NCBI GenBank assembly: GCA_039815375.1
Contig: JBCBZJ010000004.1
Location: 32,001-96,000, forward strand
DNA length: 64,000 nt
Origin: Verrucomicrobiota bacterium
GTDB taxonomy: Bacteria; Verrucomicrobiota; Verrucomicrobiia; Opitutales; Coraliomargaritaceae
Reading direction: 5' to 3'
The position numbers were made by a program, and so were the translations under genes. The notes beneath the pieces are model-generated. The model searched no databases. It was not told the origin of the DNA and saw only the letters and a list, made by a program, of their open reading frames with translations. Shown here in pieces: positions 22,731 to 30,021 of this stretch; position 1 is the first letter of the stretch; each line of letters opens with the position of its first letter.

Positions 22731-22740
22731 ACCTTTCTAA

Positions 22741-22815
22741 GCCTCTGTCTTCCAACAGATAGGATAGCCGATTGTCTACCGGCAGATGTGGGTGCGATTC
22801 CCATCAGAGGCGCCA
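22741..22815 (+). tRNA. tRNA-Asp(GTC)
   Basis: gcctctg/cagaggc, G73, CCA; loop ttGTCta; T-loop TGCGATT. Confidence 0.8.
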
Positions 22816-22823
22816 TTTTTTAT

Positions 22824-22899
22824 TCGGTGGTAGTTCAATAGGTAGAACGTGGCCCTGTTAAGGCCAATGTTGCAGGATCGTAGCCTGCCCACCGAGCCA
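22824..22899 (+). tRNA. tRNA-Asn(GTT)
   Basis: tcggtgg/ccaccga, G73, CCA; tggcc ctGTTaa ggcca; T-loop ATCGTAG. Confidence 0.85.
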
Positions 22900-22905
22900 G
22901 TTTAC

Positions 22906-22981
22906 GGGAGTGTAGTGTAGAGAGTCTGCACGTCTGGTTGAAGACCAGAAAGTCATGGTGCGATTCCATGCGCTTCCGCCA
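22906..22981 (+). tRNA. tRNA-Phe(GAA)
   Basis: gggagtg/cgcttcc, G73, CCA; tctgg ttGAAga ccaga; T-loop TGCGATT. Confidence 0.75.
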
Positions 22982-22983
22982 AC

Positions 22984-23072
22984 GGACAGGTAGAGCCGTA
23001 ATTGACAGCGGCGCCGGATTGTAAACCCGGAGCATCCATGCCTTGCAGGTTTGAGCCCTGCCCTGTCCACCA
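22984..23072 (+). tRNA. tRNA-Tyr(GTA)
   Basis: ggacagg/cctgtcc, A73, CCA; loop ttGTAaa; long variable arm; T-loop TTTGAGC. Confidence 0.8.
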
Positions 23073-23082
23073 AATTTAACAA

Positions 23083-23207
23083 CGTGGAGTGGCCAAATTA
23101 GCAAGGCTCCGGTCTTGGAGACCGGGAAACTGCAGGTGGTCCGGTTCCCTTCGTGCCCGGTCATGTCGTCACTTCGTTCCTCGGAACGAGTCCTGTCTCC
23201 GCGACCA
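23083..23207 (+). tRNA. tRNA-Pro(TGG) with a 48-nt insertion in the T-loop
   Basis: C1-G72, cgtggag/ctccgcg, A73, CCA; ccggt ctTGGag accgg; T-stem gcagg/cctgt encloses tg + 23139-23186 + cgagt. Confidence 0.8.
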
Positions 23208-23213
23208 TTTTAT

Positions 23214-23290
23214 GACCAAGTAGCCCAATCGGTAGAGGCAGCTGCCTCAGAAGCAGTTCAGTGGGGGTTCGAATCCTCTCTTGGTTACCA
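23214..23290 (+). tRNA. tRNA-Leu(CAG), short variable loop
   Basis: gaccaag/cttggtt, A73, CCA; gctgc ctCAGaa gcagt; TTCGAAT. Confidence 0.8.
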
Positions 23291-23296
23291 ATTCAA

Positions 23297-23371
23297 GCCT
23301 CATTAGTTCAACAAGTAGAACAGCCGGCTTTTACCCGGTAGGCCATGGTGCAAGTCCATGATGTGGCACCA
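23297..23371 (+). tRNA. tRNA-Lys(TTT)
   Basis: gcctcat/atgtggc (1 mismatch), CCA; gccgg ctTTTac ccggt; T-loop TGCAAGT. Confidence 0.8.
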
Positions 23372-23377
23372 ACTTGA

Positions 23378-23454
23378 AGCAGAGTAGCTCAATCAGTCAG
23401 AGCGCGGGTCTCATACGCCCGAGGTTGTGGGTGCGATTCCCATCTCTGCAACCA
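23378..23454 (+). tRNA. tRNA-Met(CAT), 1:72 mismatch (initiator-like; subtype uncertain)
   Basis: agcagag/ctctgca, A73, CCA; cgggt ctCATac gcccg. Confidence 0.75.
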
Positions 23455-23459
23455 TCTTA

Positions 23460-23531
23460 GCCCGTATCGTCTAGTAGCTAGGATCTCGCGCTTTCCACGC
23501 GATGACGCCGGTGCAAATCCGGCTACGGGTT
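23460..23531 (+). tRNA. tRNA-Glu(TTC), no encoded CCA
   Basis: gcccgta/tacgggt; tcgcg ctTTCca cgcga; T-loop TGCAAAT. Confidence 0.8.
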
Positions 23532-23538
23532 ACTTTCC

Positions 23539-23609
23539 TGCGGGATAGTGTAAGGGCCGCACAGCGAACTTTGACTCCGCTAGAGAAGGTTCGAATCCTT
23601 CTCCCGCAA
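23539..23609 (+). tRNA. tRNA-Gln(TTG), no encoded CCA
   Basis: tgcggga/tcccgca; loop ctTTGac; gaagg TTCGAAT ccttc. Confidence 0.8.
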
Positions 23610-23627
23610 TTTTCCGGCGCAGCCGGA

Positions 23628-24129
23628 GACCGCTAATTATCGCTCATAGACGCTAATGGATTGAGTCGACAGGTAGATGATTCATTCGTTAATCAAATGA
23701 CACATAACACGGAATACATGGCCGATGAAGGATACGCTCTCATCGGCGCCGCATTCGAAGTCCATCGGGAACTCGGCGGTGGCCTGAGCGAAGAAATCTA
23801 CCAAGAAAGCATAGAGATCGAACTCGGCATGCGAAATATCCCATTCAAATCGAAGGACGAACTAAGGGTCTTTTACAAGCAACAGCCCCTGAACAAGCGC
23901 TATATACCGGACCTCACCGTTTCAGGCGAGATCATCACCGAACTCAAAGCCGCTAAGGAGCTCACACACGAACATCACCGGCAACTCATCAATTACATGC
24001 GAGTCACTGAAAAAGCTGTTGGATATCTCATCAACTTCGGCCCCACAGACCAACTCGAGTGGAAGCGTTTCATCCTCAGAGACTTCATTCCTATAGAGCA
24101 TCAGCGCCTATAAGCGAGAATCAGCGGTC
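23628..24129. mobile_element. Inverted-repeat-flanked GxxExxY cassette inserted in the tRNA array
   Basis: gaccgctaattatcgctcatagacgctaat (23628-23657) and atcagcgcctataagcgagaatcagcggtc (24100-24129) are 25/30 reverse-complementary. Confidence 0.65.
23697..24113 (+). CDS. GxxExxY family protein (PD-(D/E)xK nuclease fold)
   Basis: IGAAFEVHRELGGGLSEEIYQE, YIPDL, ITELKA, QLINY, GYLINFG. Confidence 0.9.
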   Translation: MTHNTEYMADEGYALIGAAFEVHRELGGGLSEEIYQESIEIELGMRNIPFKSKDELRVFYKQQPLNKRYIPDLTVSGEIITELKAAKELTHEHHRQLINYMRVTEKAVGYLINFGPTDQLEWKRFILRDFIPIEHQRL

Positions 24130-24167
24130 GCCAGCTCAGCTGGCACATACAGATCACTTTTACAAAT

Positions 24168-24244
24168 TTCCGGTCGGCGGCGCAATGCTCTCAGGCTTTC
24201 TGTCAGGTCATTGCGTTCCGCATCGACGTTCTAGACGGAAACCA
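24168..24244 (+). ncRNA. tRNA-sized rod hairpin ending in ACCA
   Basis: Nested helices ttccg/cggaa, gtcg/cgac, gcgg/ccgc, cgcaatg/cattgcg, followed by A-CCA. Confidence 0.55.
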
Positions 24245-24245
24245 T

Positions 24246-24317
24246 GCAAACATAGCCAAATGGTAAGGCATCCTGCATCACAGGAAAGATGCCGGTTCGA
24301 ATCCGGCTGATTGCACC
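24246..24317 (+). tRNA. tRNA-like gene with a 5-nt anticodon loop (identity undetermined)
   Basis: Canonical D arm (tagccaaatggtaaggc) and T arm (gccgg TTCGAAT ccggc); tcctg catca cagga. Confidence 0.7.
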
Positions 24318-24318
24318 G

Positions 24319-24392
24319 ATACTGTTAGCTCAGATAGGTAGAGCAGTTGACTGAAACTCAACTTGTCCCGGGTTCAATTCCCGGACAGTAAA
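24319..24392 (+). tRNA. Second tRNA-Phe(GAA)-like gene, 1:72 mismatch, no CCA
   Basis: tagctcagataggtagagc; gttga ctGAAac tcaac; ccggg TTCAATT cccgg. Confidence 0.7.
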
Positions 24393-24393
24393 A

Positions 24394-24467
24394 TGGATAG
24401 TAGAGCAAATGGTTAGCTCACAGGATTAAGGTTCCTGCGGATGGAGGTTCGAATCCTCCCTACCCGA
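24394..24467 (+). tRNA. tRNA-like gene with AAG anticodon (nominal Leu; possibly pseudo)
   Basis: gagc/gctc D stem; cagga ttAAGgt tcctg; ggagg TTCGAAT cctcc; A-C mismatch in the acceptor stem. Confidence 0.65.
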
Positions 24468-24792
24468 CAAAGGGCTTGGCCGCCCTCTAAAGGCCTCCAA
24501 AACCGCCCAAGGAGAGAACGGGCGACTCGTGAAAGCCAGGCACAGCCACCACATCATGCGGGTGGATGCGCCAGCAGTTTCACCACCTGCGAGGATGCGG
24601 ATACCGGATATCTCAAACCTCAGGCCTACGAAGTGAAGAACCGGCCCATCGATCTGCACCGCATGTCGACCGGATCACCGCAAACTCATTTTGAAACGCC
24701 TCAGGCGCGGAATTCCTTAAGCATCATCCCGTGGTCCGAAGCTGTGGCGGATCGTCTCATCCGAACTCTCTGCGGGCACAACTTTCATAAAG

Positions 24793-24860
24793 GGTAGCGC
24801 AGGTCCGTCCCGGACCGCACATAACGCATACCGGACGCCTGAGGGCAGGCCGTCCCTACC
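24793..24860. repeat. Inverted pair of GTAG-family REPs
   Basis: ggtagcgcaggtccgtcccggaccgcac ... cggacgcctgagggcaggccgtccctacc. Confidence 0.7.
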
Positions 24861-24918
24861 TTTCTCGCAGCGTCTATAGAGGCGACTGCACCAAACATAA
24901 CCCAAACGAATAACAATC

Positions 24919-26034
24919 ATGCTATTCTTCAAATACATCAACATCCCGTATGAGTATGTCGGTTTGAAATTCCGCGATGGCCAATTCGTTGAACTGCTCC
25001 AGTCCGGACGCCAATGGATCTTCGATCGATTCGGCCGCACTGTCGTCAACATTGTATGGCAAGGCGACCCATGGATCGAAATTTCCAAGGCCCAACTGAA
25101 GCAGCTTCGCGAAAACGACGCCGTCAACGGATATGCCGAATTCATCGATATGAAGGACAATCAACGCGCCCTCGTTTGGCTCGATGGTCGTTTCTATGGC
25201 ATCCTCAAACCAGGCCTCTACGGCTACTGGAAATCTCCAGTTAAAGTTAAAATCGAAATCGTGGAACTAGAAGACGTCCGTTTTCAACACGCACAATTCG
25301 ATATCATCACTAAAGACAAAGACGTCGCCGTCCACCTGAACATTCAGGACATCGAAGATGGCAAGGTTGGCGTCCTCTACGTCGATGGTGATTTCGTCGA
25401 GATACTCAAACCAGGTCGTTACGCATTCTGGAAGAACGTGGGCAACGTCCGCATCTATCAGTATGACCTACGTGAAAAAGTCCTCGATGTAACCGGCCAG
25501 GAAATCATGACTGCCGATAAGGTCACTCTACGACTCAATGCAGTCCTAAGCTACCGACTGGATGATGTCCGCAAGGTTGCTGAATCCGCAAAAGACGTCG
25601 AACAGGCGCTCTACCGTGAGATTCAGCTCATCATCCGCGCTGAAGTCGGCGGCCGCACGCTCGACCAGCTACTGGCAGACAAGTCCGCCGTCGCCAACGA
25701 AGCACTCAACGCAATTCGAGGGAAAGCAGCCGGCTATGGAATCGAAGTCAAAGGTCTGGGCATCCGTGATGTCATCCTACCGGGTGACATGAAGGAACTG
25801 CTCAACCAAGTCATCGAGGCCGAGAAAGCGGCCCAGGCCAACAACATCAAGCGTCGCGAAGAAACTGCTGCCATGCGCAGCCAGCTCAACTCTGCGAAAC
25901 TGATCGAGCAAAACCCAACCCTCATGCGTCTGCGTGAACTCGAGTCTGTCGAAAAAATCACTGAAAAGGCTAACCTGCAAATCTTCGTCGGAGATGGACA
26001 GGACCTGACTAAGCGAATCGTCAAACTCATCTAG
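24919..26034 (+). CDS. Slipin (SPFH/band 7) family protein
   Basis: Three N-terminal G.F...L.PG repeats; QEIMTADKVTLRLN; RDVILPG; RREETAA.RS. Confidence 0.9.
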   Translation: MLFFKYINIPYEYVGLKFRDGQFVELLQSGRQWIFDRFGRTVVNIVWQGDPWIEISKAQLKQLRENDAVNGYAEFIDMKDNQRALVWLDGRFYGILKPGLYGYWKSPVKVKIEIVELEDVRFQHAQFDIITKDKDVAVHLNIQDIEDGKVGVLYVDGDFVEILKPGRYAFWKNVGNVRIYQYDLREKVLDVTGQEIMTADKVTLRLNAVLSYRLDDVRKVAESAKDVEQALYREIQLIIRAEVGGRTLDQLLADKSAVANEALNAIRGKAAGYGIEVKGLGIRDVILPGDMKELLNQVIEAEKAAQANNIKRREETAAMRSQLNSAKLIEQNPTLMRLRELESVEKITEKANLQIFVGDGQDLTKRIVKLI

Positions 26035-26035
26035 C

Positions 26036-26068
26036 AAAGCCCCGGAGCCAGATACTCCGGGGCTTTTT
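26036..26068 (+). terminator. Rho-independent terminator
   Basis: aaagccccggag...ctccggggcttttt. Confidence 0.85.
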
Positions 26069-26229
26069 ACTTTCTTTCGCACGATAAGCAGAGGCCACTG
26101 TCCGACAACTCCCTTTGCTATTTGAAAACCGTCATCCTCTTAAGGCATCCGGGAATAAGAGGCCGGAATCAGGCTCGAACTATAGCTCTACATTAGAGAA
26201 ATCCTCAACTGTCACCTTACCGAATCTCC

Positions 26230-27477
26230 ATGATCCGCTACCGAAACGCCTTAGGGTATCTTCTTGGCATACTCTTGCTAAGCCCACTTGCACTCATAAG
26301 CCAAACAGGGCCCGACCTCAGCATCCTCCAGCGCGTCCATGAGCTAAGCCGCTACATGACGCCGCACGAACAGCTGAAAATTGCAAGGTTATCAAAGTCC
26401 GTGGCCGATGCCGAATCGGACGTTCGAACTGGTCTGGCACTCACCAATTCGGAAGGGAGCCGACTGCAAAGAGATAGGGAAACAGAATCGATTAAGGCCA
26501 AAAGACAACGCGGCGAGGAACTCATTAAAGAGGCGGATGCCGCCAAAGCAGCGGCATGGAACGAAGCCGCTATTTTGCTGATCCAAGTCGACGAACGCCT
26601 TAAAAAGCAGAGTCGCCTAGAGGCCATGAAATTCGACTTCTCCATCGAACGGACTAATTTTGAAGAGGCCCAAAATACAGCCGTCAGCACAATCCTTCAG
26701 GCTACTAAAGAAGCTGGCTACAACACGATTCTTTACGACAAAAGCTTTGTCACGACAGCGTCCGGCACTCATCCGGTAAGCCCTGAACTTCGTAAATCGA
26801 CCTATACCTCGCTGCTCTATGTCGAAGGAGATATCCCGGTCATTCACCAACCCGAATCATTAGGGTTGAGCGATGCTCCTGAAAATCGTCTGTTCCATTT
26901 CAAACACGCAGACAAGATCTACAATTCAAAGAGCGCCCTGCTCGCAATCGAAATCATTCCCTATGGCAATGCCGGCGAAGGTATTCTTCTCGCTAGAGCG
27001 CTCGACCTGAAATCGCTCCGCGTCATCAAACATAGCTTTAAGCACATTACTGGGCTAGATACTTTGCTTGAGCAGAGCACTAGTACTCTAGACGGCAGCA
27101 ACAATATCCTGACGATTCCTGAGTTTGTAAAAATCTTTGACAGCGATCAGTGGATCAACCGATTCGCCTCATTGCCGAAACCTTACCAATTTGAAATTAC
27201 AACCGAGGGCACTACCCCTACCGTTGAAGATATTCTGGCAAAGAATGCCCTCGCTCATTCGCTTTTGGAAAGGTCCACAATTATTTTAATCGATTCCAGC
27301 TTTGTTAATCGAGCCTACGGAGCCACCGAAAAGACTGTTGCTGATCTGGCCAGTGCCTCCTTTACCTTAAAAGGCGGTATGGGGATGTATGAAATAGTCG
27401 CTCAGGCCCGAAACAATCCCCGTATGATCGAGATTGGCACCATTACACTTGAAGGAAATAAAAACGACCAAAGTTGA
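26230..27477 (+). CDS. Secreted hypothetical protein with N-terminal coiled coil
   Basis: 415-aa ORF with signal peptide. Confidence 0.7.
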   Translation: MIRYRNALGYLLGILLLSPLALISQTGPDLSILQRVHELSRYMTPHEQLKIARLSKSVADAESDVRTGLALTNSEGSRLQRDRETESIKAKRQRGEELIKEADAAKAAAWNEAAILLIQVDERLKKQSRLEAMKFDFSIERTNFEEAQNTAVSTILQATKEAGYNTILYDKSFVTTASGTHPVSPELRKSTYTSLLYVEGDIPVIHQPESLGLSDAPENRLFHFKHADKIYNSKSALLAIEIIPYGNAGEGILLARALDLKSLRVIKHSFKHITGLDTLLEQSTSTLDGSNNILTIPEFVKIFDSDQWINRFASLPKPYQFEITTEGTTPTVEDILAKNALAHSLLERSTIILIDSSFVNRAYGATEKTVADLASASFTLKGGMGMYEIVAQARNNPRMIEIGTITLEGNKNDQS

Positions 27478-27541
27478 TTCGATCAGGATTACAGTCAGCG
27501 CGGTCTGACGTAAGCGGATCCTTAAACACTTTCATTTCTTG

Positions 27542-27579
27542 AAGCCCCGGAGCATCTCACTCCGGGGCTTTTTTATTTT
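27542..27579 (+). terminator. Terminator/possible attenuator before the rtcB operon
   Basis: aagccccggag...ctccggggcttttttatttt. Confidence 0.8.
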
Positions 27580-27625
27580 CCAACACACACACAAATCAAA
27601 TCAACCGCCTTTAGAGGCAACCACT

Positions 27626-28612
27626 ATGAACGAACAAGAAATCCAATTCATTTGCGGCTGCCTATCGGAAGGCCGCACCAAATACTATACCTTCAAAGAC
27701 CACTACGTCTTTCAAATCCTCTCCTGGAAGCTCGGAAGCGGCAGCATCAAGGTGCGCGAGATTAAGACGCATCCGACTTTTGCCCGCTATGCCAACCGGC
27801 CCGCCTTCAGGGAATTCCTGCAACGTTTGCCAAATGGCATCATCGATCAGGAAAGCCTGCAAAGCTACTGGCCAACACACGATTCAATCCAAGCCTTCCG
27901 GCTTACACTGGATCGCTGGGGTGATTTTGATTCCGGCAATGATGACTGGAACCAAACCTCGCGCCGCGGCTACAATCTGGTGCTTCAACTCAACTTCCCT
28001 ATCGCCAACAGCCGTGAATATCGGGAACTCGACGAAGAAGACGATAACCCGTTCTACTTCGGTTCCAAATGCCATCCATCCCGTATTGGAGAAATCACGA
28101 CCATGTCCTGGGCCCGACTCGACATCAACCTCGATGAAGGCACCGCTCTCATTGAAGAGATTCAGACCGACTGGCTACGTGACGCCCGCGAAGAGCGTGA
28201 ACGAATCGAACGTCGTCTCAAAGACCAGAAGCTTTCAATCAACGACACCTGGAGTGGCATCAAAGTATGGAAAATTCTCCGCTACTTCGACCGACACATC
28301 CAGCCACTGATAAAGCTGTGGGACGAAGCCACTCTGGAAGCTGCCCTCTGGTTCCTTCGTGAAGAGCTCGGCATGGAGCAAGTGTATTACCACACTTGGA
28401 ATACAGGCCTCTGGTTTAAGCGCCTTGAGCCTAACTTTGCTCCACCCCGCTCGCTCTACACCAAGCTACCACAGCGCTTCGGCTTCGACTGCGTCGAGCA
28501 GGGCCCGGAGTTCATCCTCGAACAACCGGAAAACCGCCGACGCCTCAAAAGTAAACGCAACAAACATGAATCGCCAAAATGGTGGTTCATGAATTTAAAA
28601 CAAACCGCATAA
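27626..28612 (+). CDS. Hypothetical protein (QTSRRGYNLVLQLNF, EEIQTDW, PPRSLY motifs) coupled to rtcB
   Basis: ATG after a GAGG RBS; ends 9 nt before rtcB. Confidence 0.8.
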   Translation: MNEQEIQFICGCLSEGRTKYYTFKDHYVFQILSWKLGSGSIKVREIKTHPTFARYANRPAFREFLQRLPNGIIDQESLQSYWPTHDSIQAFRLTLDRWGDFDSGNDDWNQTSRRGYNLVLQLNFPIANSREYRELDEEDDNPFYFGSKCHPSRIGEITTMSWARLDINLDEGTALIEEIQTDWLRDAREERERIERRLKDQKLSINDTWSGIKVWKILRYFDRHIQPLIKLWDEATLEAALWFLREELGMEQVYYHTWNTGLWFKRLEPNFAPPRSLYTKLPQRFGFDCVEQGPEFILEQPENRRRLKSKRNKHESPKWWFMNLKQTA

Positions 28613-28621
28613 GGAAATACA

Positions 28622-30019
28622 ATGAACGCAGAAGACCTACGTCGTTGGGGTATCCCTCCAGGAGATGCCATGCGACTCACATTCCAAATCATCAAACGGC
28701 TATTTAATGAATCGATTCCAGCCGAGACTGTTCGCTCGCAGCTACTCGCAGTGATTCATCAACCATCCGCGCACCTCAACGATTCGCATTGGAGTGAACT
28801 CGCTCAGATGCTTGATGAGATCACTATCTTCGAGCCACGTGCCGAGCCAGCACCTTACCATCAATGGGGTAAGGATCTTGATGCAAACGCCATCGAACAA
28901 ATGAGGAATGCCTGCCAACTGCCCATCGCAGTGGCTGGAGCACTCATGCCTGATGCTCACCTAGGATACGGACTACCAATCGGAGGCGTCCTCGCAACAA
29001 AAGGCGCAGTCATCCCATACGCAGTCGGTGTCGACATCGCCTGTCGTATGAAGCTGACCGTGCTCGACCTGCCGCTCAAGCACTTCGAGAAACGCACCAA
29101 GATCGACCGCTTGAAAAAAGCGATCGAAGCTGAAACGCGTTTCGGAACCGGTGCCCGTTTCCAGAAAGATGCCATCCGCAACCACAAAGTTATGGATGCC
29201 GACTGGTCGATCACCAAGGTGACGGCCGCAGCTAAGGACAAAGCTTGGACACAACTCGGAACTTCGGGAAGCGGCAACCACTTCGTCGAGTTCGGTATCT
29301 TCGAAATCGAGACAGATGAACTAGGGCTGGGACCTGGCCAGTACATCGCCCTCCTCTCCCATAGCGGAAGCCGAGGCGCAGGTGCAGCCGTTGCCGGGCA
29401 CTACTCGAAGCTCGCCCGCGAAGCTCATCCAGAGCTACCGGACAAGCTGAAGCATCTGGCATGGCTCGAAATGAATAAGGAGTCCGGTCAAGCATACTGG
29501 GCAGCGATGAACCTCATGGGCGATTACGCGGCAGCCAACCATAGCTGTATCCATAAACATATCGCACGTCACCTCGGAGCCGAAGTCCTCCTCGATGTTG
29601 AGAACCACCATAACTTCGCGTGGAAGGAAGAGCACCTCGGCGACGAGCTCATCGTTCATCGCAAAGGGGCAACACCAGCGGGTAAAGGCATAATGGGAAT
29701 CATCCCTGGATCGATGGCTAGCCCAGCCTACCTCGTCCGAGGAAAAGGCAAGGCAGAGTCCCTCAACTCCGCATCTCACGGAGCTGGACGTGTCATGTCC
29801 CGCCGAAAGGCAGCTGAACACCTTCGCTGGGAAGATGCGAACAAGCTCCTTAAAGCACAGCAAGTTGAGCTCATCTCGGCTGGCCTCGATGAAGTCCCGG
29901 CCGTCTACAAAGATATCGAAACCGTGATGGACGCCCAAAGCGACCTCGTCGAAAAACTCGGCCGCTTTCATCCACGACTCGTCAAGATGGCACCTCCGGG
30001 AGAACGTCCTGAAGATTAA
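28622..30019 (+). CDS. rtcB: RNA 3'-phosphate/5'-OH ligase RtcB
   Basis: MPDAHLGYGLPIG, GVDIACR, GSGNHF, HSGSRG, NHHN, HRKGAT, PGSM, SHGAGR, DE.P..YK. Confidence 0.95.
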   Translation: MNAEDLRRWGIPPGDAMRLTFQIIKRLFNESIPAETVRSQLLAVIHQPSAHLNDSHWSELAQMLDEITIFEPRAEPAPYHQWGKDLDANAIEQMRNACQLPIAVAGALMPDAHLGYGLPIGGVLATKGAVIPYAVGVDIACRMKLTVLDLPLKHFEKRTKIDRLKKAIEAETRFGTGARFQKDAIRNHKVMDADWSITKVTAAAKDKAWTQLGTSGSGNHFVEFGIFEIETDELGLGPGQYIALLSHSGSRGAGAAVAGHYSKLAREAHPELPDKLKHLAWLEMNKESGQAYWAAMNLMGDYAAANHSCIHKHIARHLGAEVLLDVENHHNFAWKEEHLGDELIVHRKGATPAGKGIMGIIPGSMASPAYLVRGKGKAESLNSASHGAGRVMSRRKAAEHLRWEDANKLLKAQQVELISAGLDEVPAVYKDIETVMDAQSDLVEKLGRFHPRLVKMAPPGERPED

Positions 30020-30021
30020 CG

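Noticed and set aside
23139..23186. Group I/II or bulge-helix-bulge intron
   Set aside because: Too short for a ribozyme, and I could not draw a convincing BHB motif
22835..23306. ORFs over the tRNA array
   Set aside because: They overlap clear tRNA cloverleaves
24059..24797. ORFs 24059-24310, 24426-24659 and 24441-24797
   Set aside because: They start inside GxxExxY or tRNA sequence, or run antisense across it, with no recognisable protein features
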